A stretch of DNA of 64,000 bases from Pontiellaceae bacterium (GCA_016937945.1 JAFGVP010000102.1:20227-84226); one strand, 5' to 3'; shown: positions 45,260-55,266, numbered from the stretch's first letter. Numbers and translations are program-made. Notes: generated by a model not told the origin, from the sequence alone.

Positions 45260-46120
45260 TCAGAGCGACGAACCGCGCCAGTGCAGCTTCTGGGAGAGCA
45301 CAGAAAAATAGTTGTGGTTCTTCAGTTGCAGGAACCGGGCATCGTGCCGGCTGCGCCGGATTTCAAGGCATCCGCCCTTTTCAACCTGATATTCATCCTG
45401 CCCGTCGATGGACAGAATCAGTTCCTTGGCGGCATTGACGACCTCGATCTCGATCAGGCAGGCATCGGAAACCACCAGCGGACGTGATCCGAGCGTATGC
45501 GGACAGATGACATTGATCCCGAAACCGCAGATCCCCGGATGAAGGATCGGACCGCCGGAAGAGAGGGAGTGCCCGGTGCTACCGGTCGGCGTCGACACAA
45601 TCATCCCGTCACACATGAACAGACCAACGGGTTCGCCATCGATAGAGAGCTGAAAGGTAACTATGCGCGACGACGCGCCCCAGCCCAGTACGATATCATT
45701 CAGGGCCGACTCGGTGCCGACCACCGTTTCATGCTGAAAAATCCGGCATTCGGCGACCGAACGCCGGGATTCCTTGAATGAACCGGTGGCCAGCGCATTC
45801 AGGGCTTCGTGAATCTGCGTGTCGGCCACGCTGGTCAGGAATCCGAGACTTCCCAGATTAATGCCCATGATGGGAATATCTGCACCATGCAGCGCCCGGG
45901 AGGTGTAGAGTACGGTTCCATCGCCGCCCAGAGCCAGCGCGACCTCTACACAATTCCGGAATTCCGCGACCGGCAGGTATTCCGCGCGAAGGATGCGCGC
46001 CATGTCCCGATCTTCCGCATAGAGTTCAAATCCGTGCGATACCGCCTCTTTCCGCAACTGATCCAGCAGATGGGCGGCCCGGGGACGCTTCGCATTCACG
46101 ATGATGCCGATTTTCTTCAT
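45260..46120 (-). CDS. nadK: NAD+ kinase
   Basis: 'GGDGTVLYTSRAL' (GGDG motif) and 'GINLGSLGFL' (NE/D short motif). Start placed at 'MKKIGIIV'. Confidence 0.85.
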   Translation of the reverse strand: MKKIGIIVNAKRPRAAHLLDQLRKEAVSHGFELYAEDRDMARILRAEYLPVAEFRNCVEVALALGGDGTVLYTSRALHGADIPIMGINLGSLGFLTSVADTQIHEALNALATGSFKESRRSVAECRIFQHETVVGTESALNDIVLGWGASSRIVTFQLSIDGEPVGLFMCDGMIVSTPTGSTGHSLSSGGPILHPGICGFGINVICPHTLGSRPLVVSDACLIEIEVVNAAKELILSIDGQDEYQVEKGGCLEIRRSRHDARFLQLKNHNYFSVLSQKLHWRGSSL

Positions 46121-46255
46121 GGCTGGACTATAGGACGGGCTCCGGCGCATTCCAAGATCATGCACGGTCGTTTTTTACCCGTAAATCGCCGGAAGGAATC
46201 GGAAGAAATTATATCGGTCGTTGCCATATATCGACCGGATCATTAAAATGGCGAC

Positions 46256-46837
46256 ATGAATGATAAGCTATTACATGACCCGGAATCCTGGCTCGATGAA
46301 CATGGCGATTATCTGTTCCGGTATGCCTATGTCCGGCTTCGCAATCGGGCGGCGGCCGAGGATGCTGTTCAGGAAACCTTTCTGGCCGGCATCAAGGCCT
46401 ACGATCGATATGACGAAAAGACGCCGGTGCGCTACTGGCTCCGCGGGATTCTGCATCACAAGGTGGTGGACTATATCCGAAAGGCCGCCCGTGAAATCGC
46501 CGTGGATGACTCGGAAGATCATGAGATCCTCGACCGATTTAAATACAAAGCGTTCGGAATTCCTTCACAGCAGCCGGCGCCCTGGAAATTTGATCCCAAG
46601 CACGCCTATGAGCAGAAGGAATTCTGGGAAATTTTCTACCGATGCATGGCCGGTCTCAAGGAGAGCATGGGGCTGGCATTCACCATGAGGGAACTGGAAG
46701 GTCTCTCCACGGAAGAAATCTGTAAGGAACTCCGGATCAAGCCGAACAATCTGTGGGTGTTGCTCCATCGCGCACGGGCCCAGCTGAAAGAGTGTCTCGA
46801 AGCGCACTGGATCACCCCCGAAGGGACTGAACAATGA
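46256..46837 (+). CDS. ECF (sigma-70 family group 4) sigma factor
   Basis: Region 2 ('AEDAVQETFLAGIKAYDRYD') and region 4 HTH ('STEEICKELRIKPNNLWVLLHRARAQLK'). Confidence 0.85.
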   Translation: MNDKLLHDPESWLDEHGDYLFRYAYVRLRNRAAAEDAVQETFLAGIKAYDRYDEKTPVRYWLRGILHHKVVDYIRKAAREIAVDDSEDHEILDRFKYKAFGIPSQQPAPWKFDPKHAYEQKEFWEIFYRCMAGLKESMGLAFTMRELEGLSTEEICKELRIKPNNLWVLLHRARAQLKECLEAHWITPEGTEQ

Positions 46838-47094
46838 TCATGACGTGCAAACAGGTTGCCAAAGCTCTGGCAGAAAACAGGTATTATGAAATGCCGTGGA
46901 ATCGGCGTATCACCATGTTTATTCACATCAGGATATGTGCGGTTTGCGGAAGATATCACCAGCAGGTAATCGATATGCAAAAAGGGATACACGACTACCT
47001 TGAGCATGAAGATGCCGGAGACATTACCCCTACGCTGCAGCTGTCCGATGAAGCCCGACAGCGCATTGCCGAAAAACTGAAGAAAGAAAAATGA
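46834..47094 (+). CDS. zinc-binding anti-sigma factor (ZAS, zf-HC2)
   Basis: 86 aa. 'HIRICAVCGRYH' = H-x3-C-x2-C motif. Start overlaps the sigma factor stop. Confidence 0.75.
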   Translation: MIMTCKQVAKALAENRYYEMPWNRRITMFIHIRICAVCGRYHQQVIDMQKGIHDYLEHEDAGDITPTLQLSDEARQRIAEKLKKEK

Positions 47095-48035
47095 ACTCAA
47101 CAGCCGCCAGAACAGGAAATTTACATTCGAGCTTCAGCATGCCCCTGTTGTTCATGCATGCCTGTTGTGCCGGCGTCTTTTTTGTTGAGGGAGGATGGCC
47201 GGCCTGGGGCATCTTCGGTCTTATGTATGTCCTGCACGTTTTTGCGCTGACCGCCGGGTTTCATCGCTATTTTTCCCATAAGAGCTTCAAGACCAGCCGC
47301 GCATTCCAGTTTATTCTGGCGCTTGCAGGCACTACGGCTGCACAGCGAGATCCACTCTGGTGGGCCAGCCATCATCGCGTACACCACCAGAATGCCGACA
47401 CCGATGAAGATCCCCATTCCCCCCGGCAGCATGGATTCTGGTGGGCGCACATAGGCTGGGTCATGAAGCGGGAGCTCTCGGAAACCCGGTATGAACGCAT
47501 CAGGGATTTTTCAAGGTATCCGGAACTCGTCTGGCTGAACCGCCACCCCTACCTGCCGGTCGTCGGATTGGCCCTGATGCTGTTTGCAACGGGTATGCTG
47601 ATTGACATGATCCGACCGGCGTGGGGCATCACCGGTCCCCAGTTCCTATTTTACGGGTTCTTCCTCAGTACGATCGCTGTCTATCACGTCACCTTCTGCA
47701 TAAACTCCGTAGCCCACCTGATTGGGAAAAGGCCCTACGATATTGAGGATGACAGCCGCAACAACTGGCTGCTTGGACTGCTCGCGGGCGGAGAAGGATG
47801 GCACAACAATCATCACCGTTACGCGGTCTGCACGCGGCAAGGCTTTCGCTGGTGGGAGATTGATCTTACCTACCTGATGCTACGGTTGCTTCAGGTTTTC
47901 CGGATTGTCTGGGACATCCGCGAACCCCCGAGTGCGCTTTTGCAGGAGCGAATGGATGCACAAAAACTGCGTGGACTTCGCACGGCTCCCCTTCTGCACA
48001 AACAACATCATCCGGGATCGAATCCTTCGATCTGA
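47091..48035 (+). CDS. acyl-lipid/acyl-CoA fatty-acid desaturase (delta-9-type membrane desaturase)
   Basis: Three His boxes 'HRYFSH', 'HHRVHH', 'HNNHH' in a polytopic membrane protein. Confidence 0.85.
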   Translation: MNSTAARTGNLHSSFSMPLLFMHACCAGVFFVEGGWPAWGIFGLMYVLHVFALTAGFHRYFSHKSFKTSRAFQFILALAGTTAAQRDPLWWASHHRVHHQNADTDEDPHSPRQHGFWWAHIGWVMKRELSETRYERIRDFSRYPELVWLNRHPYLPVVGLALMLFATGMLIDMIRPAWGITGPQFLFYGFFLSTIAVYHVTFCINSVAHLIGKRPYDIEDDSRNNWLLGLLAGGEGWHNNHHRYAVCTRQGFRWWEIDLTYLMLRLLQVFRIVWDIREPPSALLQERMDAQKLRGLRTAPLLHKQHHPGSNPSI

Positions 48036-48064
48036 TCAACCCGCGTGGCAAAGGAGGTATTGAT

Positions 48065-49081
48065 ATGAGCCATCTCATGGAACTCGCAGAAAAGGGGTGC
48101 ATGCCCGACACGGCGATACGGGCCGGAATACGGAGGCTGTTGCGCGACCGCCTGCGTAGAGAGTGCGTAGAGACCGCTGAGCAGCAGCTGGAGAAACACT
48201 ACCGTTTCATTGAAAACATGAAAGCCGGGCCGGTGGCTGTTGCAACTGACACGGCCAATGAACAGCATTATGAGGTTCCCGCACGCTTCTTTGAGACCTT
48301 CATGGGTCCGCATATGAAATACAGCTGCGGATACTGGCCGGAAGAACAGACCACCCTGCAGCAGGCCGAAGAAGCCATGCTTGAGCTCACGGCACAGCGC
48401 GCCGGACTCAAGGATGACATGGAAATTCTGGAGCTGGGCTGCGGCTGGGGTTCCCTCTCCCTTTGGATGGCCCAACGCTTCCCGAAGGCCCGCATTACGG
48501 CGATCTCTAATTCGCAAACCCAGAAAAACTATATCGATGCAAGAGGACTTCCGAATCTGGAGATCATCACCGCCGACATGAATGACTTCAACACGAAAAA
48601 GCAGTTTGACCGCGTGGTGTCTGTTGAAATGTTTGAGCACATGCGCAACTGGCCGGAATTGTTGCGTCGGATCAGAGGCTGGCTGAAGGAAGATGGCAAA
48701 TTGTTTATCCATATCTTTGTGCACCGGGACATCAGCTACCTCTTCAATGATTCCGGCAAGGTAAACTGGATGGCGGATCACTTTTTCAAGGAGGGCATGA
48801 TGCCCTCCGAAAACCTGCCGTTCATGTTGAACGATGACCTGTTGGTGGAACGACATTGGCGGGTCAACGGTCGGCACTATGCCCGGACCCTGAGGGCATG
48901 GCTGGACAACATTGATCGGAACCATGCACCGGCCATCGCATGGCTGGACAACGGATCCACCAGCGAGGCGCTGATTCGATATGGACGATGGCGCATCTTC
49001 TTCATGGCATGCGAAGAACTTTTTGGATTCAGAGAGGGCGAAGAATGGTATGTGGCTCATTATCTTTTCAAAAAGCGCTAA
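48065..49081 (+). CDS. cyclopropane-fatty-acyl-phospholipid synthase-family SAM methyltransferase (paralog A)
   Basis: 'ILELGCGWGSLSLWMA' SAM motif, 'SVEMFEHM', and CFA-synthase-family C-terminal region. Confidence 0.8.
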   Translation: MSHLMELAEKGCMPDTAIRAGIRRLLRDRLRRECVETAEQQLEKHYRFIENMKAGPVAVATDTANEQHYEVPARFFETFMGPHMKYSCGYWPEEQTTLQQAEEAMLELTAQRAGLKDDMEILELGCGWGSLSLWMAQRFPKARITAISNSQTQKNYIDARGLPNLEIITADMNDFNTKKQFDRVVSVEMFEHMRNWPELLRRIRGWLKEDGKLFIHIFVHRDISYLFNDSGKVNWMADHFFKEGMMPSENLPFMLNDDLLVERHWRVNGRHYARTLRAWLDNIDRNHAPAIAWLDNGSTSEALIRYGRWRIFFMACEELFGFREGEEWYVAHYLFKKR

Positions 49082-49659
49082 CCCTAACCCTTATTGCAGG
49101 TGCCGGAATGTTTAACGGATGCTCAACCCGGCCGAGGAATATGGGACCCAGTCTCGAGGAGTACCGAAGGGAACTGAAGCGTGCCGAAGAAATCGCGGCG
49201 CCGGCCCCGGGCTGCGAAGTGGAAACCGAAGCCATACATCGGTTTGAAGCCTTCTATGCAGAGTATTCCGCCGAAGCGATTCGCAACGGAATCCGATCCG
49301 TCTATGCGAATGATGCCTGGTTCGGCGATCCCTATCACTCCGTGAAGGGAATAGCCGCTATTGAGAACTATTTTGTCGCCATGGCCGAACCGGTAGAGCA
49401 TTGCACTTTTACCGTTGATGCCATGCAGCGCGCCGGCAATGACTATTATGCCCGCTGGACGATGCATCTCGTATCAAAGGCCGCCGGAAAGGAGCCCATT
49501 ACGGCGATCGGAAACTCTCACCTGCGCTTTAACAAAGAGGGACAGATCATCTTCCAGCAGGATTACTGGGATACCAGTGTCCTGCTCGACCGGTTACCGG
49601 TGGTTGGATTCTGGACGCGGCTGGTAAAAGAAAAAATCATGAAAGGAATCAGTGAATGA
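49045..49659 (+). CDS. NTF2/SnoaL-like lipoprotein
   Basis: Lipoprotein-like signal 'ALTLTLIAGAGMFNGC' if started at 49045, which overlaps the upstream gene by 37 nt. The alternative ATG at 49108 would remove the signal peptide. The body 'DAWFGDPYHSVKGIAAIENYF...YYARWTM' is NTF2-like. Confidence 0.5.
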   Translation: MVCGSLSFQKALTLTLIAGAGMFNGCSTRPRNMGPSLEEYRRELKRAEEIAAPAPGCEVETEAIHRFEAFYAEYSAEAIRNGIRSVYANDAWFGDPYHSVKGIAAIENYFVAMAEPVEHCTFTVDAMQRAGNDYYARWTMHLVSKAAGKEPITAIGNSHLRFNKEGQIIFQQDYWDTSVLLDRLPVVGFWTRLVKEKIMKGISE

Positions 49660-50228
49660 AACGAACAGCAATTATGATGATTAGTTTATCCATGTTACTG
49701 AATGGTTGTATCGCCCAGAAACAGAAGGAGGTTCCAGTGACTGATTTTTACAGCATTGAAGCCAATACCATTACCGGACAATCGGTAAAGATGGGACAAT
49801 ATAAGGGAAATGTCTTGCTGATAGTAAACACCGCCAGCAAATGCGGTTTTACCGGACAGTATGCAGGCCTGCAGGAGCTGTATGAAAAATACAAAGATCA
49901 GGATTTCCTGATTCTGGGCTTTCCTTCCAACGACTTCCTCAAACAAGAGCCAGGCAGCAACGAGGAGATTGCAGCCTTCTGCACGAAGAACTATGGCGTG
50001 ACCTTCCCCATGTTTGAAAAAATTGTGGTTAAGGGAGATGGACAGCATCCCCTTTATGCCTACCTGACATCAACGCAGACCAACCCTGAATTTGAAGGGG
50101 AGATCAGTTGGAACTTTAACAAGTTTCTCATTTCGAAGGACGGGAAAATCGTGAATCGGTTTGATAGCCGGACCAAGCCGGATGACAAGGGACTGGTACA
50201 GGCACTGAAGGCTGAGCTCGTAAAATGA
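49656..50228 (+). CDS. glutathione peroxidase
   Basis: 'NTASKCGFTGQY' (active Cys), 'ILGFPSNDF', 'WNFNKFLI' GPx motifs. N-terminal signal/lipobox 'LLNGC'. Confidence 0.85.
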   Translation: MKRTAIMMISLSMLLNGCIAQKQKEVPVTDFYSIEANTITGQSVKMGQYKGNVLLIVNTASKCGFTGQYAGLQELYEKYKDQDFLILGFPSNDFLKQEPGSNEEIAAFCTKNYGVTFPMFEKIVVKGDGQHPLYAYLTSTQTNPEFEGEISWNFNKFLISKDGKIVNRFDSRTKPDDKGLVQALKAELVK

Positions 50229-50755
50229 AACAGATGATACATCTCTTTGCATGCTTCGCGATTATGCTGATTGCAGCCAGCTGTCGTTCTACGTCGGACC
50301 TGAAAGTGATATCAGGGTTTGAAGTGGATCGCTACCTGGGGACGTGGTACGAGGCGGCCCGCTTCCCGCACCGCTTTGAAAAGGACCTGGTGGCAGTCAC
50401 TGCAGACTACAGCCGCAATCCGGATGGAACCATCCGGGTGATCAACCGGGGGTATCATCCGGGAAAGAACAAATGGGAAACGGCGGAAGGAGAGGCACGC
50501 TTCAGGGATGATCCAACCGTCGGCTGGCTCGAGGTCAGTTTTTTCAAGCCGTTCTATGGAGCATATAAGATTCTCTATCTGGATAAAGAGTACACCGAAG
50601 CAATTGTAGCCGGGCCCACCTATGGATACTTCTGGATTCTCACGCGCGAACCGGAATTGCCGAAGGAGCGGCTTGGACAGTTGGTTCGCAAAGCGGCGGA
50701 CTTTGGGTTTGATACCAACCGCATTGAATTTGTTGCTCAGGAAATGAACCGGTGA
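50225..50755 (+). CDS. blc: bacterial lipocalin (Blc-like outer-membrane lipoprotein)
   Basis: Lipobox 'LIAASC'. Lipocalin SCR1 'YLGTWYEAAR'. Confidence 0.8.
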   Translation: MKQMIHLFACFAIMLIAASCRSTSDLKVISGFEVDRYLGTWYEAARFPHRFEKDLVAVTADYSRNPDGTIRVINRGYHPGKNKWETAEGEARFRDDPTVGWLEVSFFKPFYGAYKILYLDKEYTEAIVAGPTYGYFWILTREPELPKERLGQLVRKAADFGFDTNRIEFVAQEMNR

Positions 50756-52005
50756 GCAAACCGCAGCATATAGCTGTTATAGGGTCCGGCGCGGCCGGAT
50801 TGACTGCAACGCATCTTCTTCAGCGCCATCATCAGGTAACGCTGATTGAGAAGAACGATCGGATTGGCGGACATACCAACACGATCATTATTCCTGACGG
50901 ACCTGATGCCGGCACCCCGGTCGACACCGGCTTCATTGTGATGAACCACCGCAACTATCCCCTGCTCACCCACCTATTTGAACAGCTCGGCGTTGCACTG
51001 CACGACAGCAACATGTCGTTCGGCTATCATGACCTCCCGTCCGGCATGCAGTATTGCGGCGACGGGCTGAATGGATTGTTTGCCCAGAGAACCAATCTAC
51101 TGCGCCCCAGATTTATTCATATGATTCGCGATGTACTGCGCTTTTTCAAACTGGCGGAATCGGATCTCGAAGGGATGAACCTGACAGATGAAACACTGGG
51201 TGATTACCTGAAGCGAAACCGTTTTGGCCAAGCTTTTATCGACCATCATCTCATTCCCATGGGATCGGCCATCTGGTCGACCCCCTGTGAACAGATGATG
51301 GAATTTCCCGCGCGTAGCTTCCTCCAGTTTTTTCACAACCATGGACTGCTGACCCTGAACGACCGTCCGCAGTGGAAAACCGTCGTGGGAGGAAGCTGCG
51401 ACTATGTCCGGCGCATGAAGTCCGAGTGGAACAACGTCGATGTTCGCACCGGGATAAGCATCCAGCAAATTATCCGCAGTAAGGATGGTGTGCATATTGA
51501 GCTGAAAGGGGCCGGGCAGGAAACCTTTGATCAAGTCATCATCGCCACGCATGCCGACCAGGCGCTGCTGTTGCTGGGAGATCCGACGGAACGGGAGCAG
51601 GCTGCTCTGGGTTGTTGGCAATACACGCCGAGCCGCACCTACCTGCATACCGATGAGTCGGTCATGCCACCCCTGCGCAGGATCTGGAGTTCATGGAACT
51701 TCAAACGGATCGAGGGAAGCAAGACCTGCCTGACCTATCACATGAACCGCCTGCAGGGACTGCAGACTCAAAAGCAGTATTTTGTGTCACTGAACCTACC
51801 CAAACCGCCCAGAGACATCGTAAAAGAGATTGATTATGAACATCCGATGTACACCCGCGATGCCCTGGCGTCCCAAGCCCTGCTACGCCAACTCAACGGT
51901 GATAACCATACCTGGTTTGCCGGGAGTTATTTTGGAAACGGCTTTCATGAAGATGCGGTGCGCTCTGCGGTGGAGGTGGCCGAGGCATTTGGAATCAATC
52001 TATGA
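50752..52005 (+). CDS. NAD(P)/FAD-dependent oxidoreductase (amine-oxidase-like)
   Basis: 'IAVIGSGAAGLTA' Rossmann GxGxxG. Amine-oxidase family architecture. Lies in a CFA-synthase cluster. Confidence 0.75.
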   Translation: MSKPQHIAVIGSGAAGLTATHLLQRHHQVTLIEKNDRIGGHTNTIIIPDGPDAGTPVDTGFIVMNHRNYPLLTHLFEQLGVALHDSNMSFGYHDLPSGMQYCGDGLNGLFAQRTNLLRPRFIHMIRDVLRFFKLAESDLEGMNLTDETLGDYLKRNRFGQAFIDHHLIPMGSAIWSTPCEQMMEFPARSFLQFFHNHGLLTLNDRPQWKTVVGGSCDYVRRMKSEWNNVDVRTGISIQQIIRSKDGVHIELKGAGQETFDQVIIATHADQALLLLGDPTEREQAALGCWQYTPSRTYLHTDESVMPPLRRIWSSWNFKRIEGSKTCLTYHMNRLQGLQTQKQYFVSLNLPKPPRDIVKEIDYEHPMYTRDALASQALLRQLNGDNHTWFAGSYFGNGFHEDAVRSAVEVAEAFGINL

Positions 52006-52751
52006 ACAGCCTGATCTACAGCGGCAAGGTCATGCATGCCCGGCAAAGTCCATTTTATCATCGATGGGTATTTCCTTATGTTTTTTATGCCATCGATCTG
52101 GATGAACTGCCGGAGCTGGACCGCCGCGTGACAGGATTCGGATTCAACCGCTGGAACCCGGTGTCGCTGCGTGAAAAGGATTACCTGCACGGCAGCGGTC
52201 CCTTTCGCGAGCAGTTATCGGAGTTTGTGAATCTGAATGAAATCGACCGCATCATACTGATTACATCGGCCCGCTGGATCAAACGGATTTTCAATCCGGT
52301 GAGCTTTTACTATTGCCTGAAGGCGGATGGGAGTCCTGGCTGCATGGTGGCAGAGGTCAACAACACCTTTGGTGAGCGACACCTGTATGTGCTCTCCTCC
52401 GGTGATGCATTCCCGGTCCGCTGCAGCCATGACAAGCAGTTTCACGTATCCCCTTTTAACACCATGCAGGGAACGTATGACTTTACCTTTTCCGAGCCGG
52501 GGAAGGAACTTGAGATACGAATCCGGCTGACTCAGGACAACACGGTTATCATGGATGCCGCCCTGTGGGGTTCCGGCAGGCCGTTGACCACAAAAAACCT
52601 CTGGCAAACCATGTTGCGGCATCCGTTCACCGCATGGATGACCATGCCGCGCATCCTCGGGCAGGCGGCCCTGCTGTATTACCGTAAAAAACTGCCGCTT
52701 CACCGTAAGCCGGCACCATCCAGCCCCATGACCATCAAGGAGTGTGCATGA
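52002..52751 (+). CDS. DUF1365-family protein
   Basis: 'IYSGKVMHARQSPFYHRWVFPYVFYAIDLDEL' N-terminus typical of DUF1365. Always accompanies FAD oxidoreductase plus CFA synthase. Confidence 0.7.
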   Translation: MNSLIYSGKVMHARQSPFYHRWVFPYVFYAIDLDELPELDRRVTGFGFNRWNPVSLREKDYLHGSGPFREQLSEFVNLNEIDRIILITSARWIKRIFNPVSFYYCLKADGSPGCMVAEVNNTFGERHLYVLSSGDAFPVRCSHDKQFHVSPFNTMQGTYDFTFSEPGKELEIRIRLTQDNTVIMDAALWGSGRPLTTKNLWQTMLRHPFTAWMTMPRILGQAALLYYRKKLPLHRKPAPSSPMTIKECA

Positions 52752-53956
52752 TGTCTGACGCCATTCACAAAATCTGTTTTGACCTGGTTGACCGGCAACT
52801 TCAAAACATTGAAAAGGGACACCTGCAGCTGGATCTGTCTGATGGCACGCAGCGGCACTATGGCGATGACTCCGAGCCGAAAATCATCAGTGTTCATCAT
52901 GAACGGTTCTTCTCACGATTGGCCATGGGCGGCAACATCGGGATAGGAGAGAGCTGGAGTGATGGCGACTGGGACAGCCCCCACCTGACCGATGTCCTCA
53001 TGCTCTTTATTAACAATATGCAACAGTTGAAGGCCAGCGGACTGACCGCCGGACTGATCAAGCGCGTTCAACATCTGCTGCAGCATGCGCGCAATCGAAA
53101 CACGCAGGAAGGAAGCCGGCGCAATATCCATGCGCATTATGACCTGGGAAATGATTTTTACCGACTGTTCCTCGACCCCGAAACCATGATGTATTCCAGT
53201 GCCTTGTTTGACAATCCGGGTGATTCCCTGGCAGAGGCCCAGCGCAACAAGATTGCCCGACTGATCGAACTGGCGGACATCAGGCCGGAGCACCATGTCC
53301 TGGAGATCGGGTGCGGCTGGGGTGGATTTGCCATTGAAACAGCCCGCCGGACCGGTTGCCGCGTGACCGGAATCACCATCTCCGAAGAGCAGTTTGCTTT
53401 TGCCAGAGAGCGTGTCATTCAGGAAGGACTGCAAGACCGGGTACGAATCGAGTTTTGTGATTACCGGAAGATGGACGGATCCTTTGACCGAATTGTTTCC
53501 ATTGAAATGCTCGAAGCCGTCGGACATGCCTATTATGGAACTTTTTTTGAAACGTGCGACAAACTCCTCCGCCCCGGCGGTCGGATGGCGTTGCAGGTGA
53601 TTACCATTCCCGATCAGCGCTACGACAGCTATCGGCGCAACCCGGACTGGATCCAGAAGCACATCTTTCCCGGCGGCATGCTGCCGTCGTTGACCGAGTT
53701 GTCCAAAGCCATGACCCGCCACTCCCGACTTACCGTCGAACATCTTGATAACATCGGCATACACTATGCAGAAACCCTGCGGCGCTGGAGGGATGCATTT
53801 TCTGCAGAGACCGAAAGACTGGAACTGCTGGGGTATGATGAAAACTTCCGGCGAAAGTGGGTCTATTATCTCTGCTACTGTGAAGCCGGATTCCAGACCC
53901 GTTTCACCAACAACCTGCATCTTGTACTGACGAGGCCGGCGGAAATACCGAGCTAA
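52742..53956 (+). CDS. cfa: cyclopropane-fatty-acyl-phospholipid synthase (paralog B)
   Basis: 'VLEIGCGWGGFAIETA' SAM motif, 'SIEMLEAVGH', and C-terminal 'LCYCEAGF' CFA synthase hallmarks. Confidence 0.85.
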   Translation: MCMMSDAIHKICFDLVDRQLQNIEKGHLQLDLSDGTQRHYGDDSEPKIISVHHERFFSRLAMGGNIGIGESWSDGDWDSPHLTDVLMLFINNMQQLKASGLTAGLIKRVQHLLQHARNRNTQEGSRRNIHAHYDLGNDFYRLFLDPETMMYSSALFDNPGDSLAEAQRNKIARLIELADIRPEHHVLEIGCGWGGFAIETARRTGCRVTGITISEEQFAFARERVIQEGLQDRVRIEFCDYRKMDGSFDRIVSIEMLEAVGHAYYGTFFETCDKLLRPGGRMALQVITIPDQRYDSYRRNPDWIQKHIFPGGMLPSLTELSKAMTRHSRLTVEHLDNIGIHYAETLRRWRDAFSAETERLELLGYDENFRRKWVYYLCYCEAGFQTRFTNNLHLVLTRPAEIPS

Positions 53957-55266
53957 TTTGTTGCTGCGGCGGCTTTCAGAGCCGCAAGAAAGGCGGCATA
54001 GGGACTGGAGATGGAGGTGCCGGCATAGGTCTGGCCGTTAAAATTGGCAATCGCCGGCTCCCATATCTGAACAAAGTCGCCATAGTTTGAGTTTTCCCAG
54101 ACGCTGCCGTCTGGATTCAGGCCGCCTACGGCAATCACAGATTCGTATCCGGCGGGATAGATCAGCGTTCCGGTCGGTTCATTTCCGGCGGAGGCATACA
54201 ACGTCACTCCGAGCGATGCGGCATAGTTCATCGCCGTTTCCAGAAAACTACTGTCGATGTCCGATCCCCAGCTCATGCTGACGATTGAAACGTCGGAGTT
54301 GGAAGCATAATCCAACGCCCGGTAAATGATATCCGAGCTCGTCATTCCGTTTTCATCAAATGCCATGATCGAAAGAACCGGCACCCCGGAGGTAGCCGCA
54401 TCGGCGCCTTCCGGAGTGAGCGCACCGGACGCAATCAGCGAAGTGAGTGTCCCGTGGCCGGACGGATCATAGATGGAATCGGAGGGATCGACGGCATTAT
54501 AGGTGCCTCGGATAAACGGCAGGTCGGCATACTGTGGATCCAGTCCGGAATCGAGCACCGCCACCGCGGTCTCGCCCGACTGAAGATGCAGGTTGATTCC
54601 GTCGATGGTTCCGGTCAGCGGGATACTGGCGCTGTCGATACGGGAAAATGCTCGGTTCGGTTCGGCTCCGTCCACCTTATCCTGCGCCAGCGCGATGGCG
54701 ATCGCCTCTTCCACAGTCAGTCCTTCGCCGATCCGGATACGGTAGACACCCGGCGGATTAATCACCTCAATCACGGTTCCGCTAAGCTTGGCCAGCAGAG
54801 CGTTAAGATCTTTTTCCGTGGCACCCTCGGCGAATCCGACCATGATCTCTCCGCGGATATATTTAATGCCTCCGGCGCCTTCCACCACATCCAGCACCTT
54901 GCGGTCTTTCGAGAGCCGTTCGACGGACGAACGGGAGCCGTCCGAAAAAATGCGAATCGTGTCCAGCTGATCAAAATCGCCCAGCGGTCCCTTAATCCGT
55001 TTCCATTCGAGCAGATAGGTATTCGGTCCGGCGAGCTGGGCAATCACCCGTTCCATACGTGCATTTTCCCAGCTCCCGGTAACCCGGTCGAGTTCCAGCG
55101 ACGGATCGATCAGCACCTCGACCCCGCACTCTTCAAACAGGCGAAGGACTTTGACCAGTGAGGCTCCGCCTCCATCCAGCCACACACGATCGCCCTCCAT
55201 GCGGAGCGAGGCCGACCACGCAGCCAGCGGAAGCAGAAACAGGAGGATGACAGCTTTTAATCTCAT
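53953..55266 (-). CDS. secreted subtilisin-like serine peptidase (S8 family)
   Basis: Catalytic triad motifs 'VAVLDSGLD', 'SGHGTLTS', 'GTSISSPYAA'. Signal peptide from 'MRLKAVILLF'. Confidence 0.85.
   Translation of the reverse strand: MRLKAVILLFLLPLAAWSASLRMEGDRVWLDGGGASLVKVLRLFEECGVEVLIDPSLELDRVTGSWENARMERVIAQLAGPNTYLLEWKRIKGPLGDFDQLDTIRIFSDGSRSSVERLSKDRKVLDVVEGAGGIKYIRGEIMVGFAEGATEKDLNALLAKLSGTVIEVINPPGVYRIRIGEGLTVEEAIAIALAQDKVDGAEPNRAFSRIDSASIPLTGTIDGINLHLQSGETAVAVLDSGLDPQYADLPFIRGTYNAVDPSDSIYDPSGHGTLTSLIASGALTPEGADAATSGVPVLSIMAFDENGMTSSDIIYRALDYASNSDVSIVSMSWGSDIDSSFLETAMNYAASLGVTLYASAGNEPTGTLIYPAGYESVIAVGGLNPDGSVWENSNYGDFVQIWEPAIANFNGQTYAGTSISSPYAAFLAALKAAAATN

Noticed and set aside
48008-49060. 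350-aa - strand ORF
   Set aside because: Antisense to the CFA-synthase-family paralog A, which has strong SAM-methyltransferase motifs.
54454-55161. 235-aa + strand ORF
   Set aside because: Antisense to the S8 protease gene.
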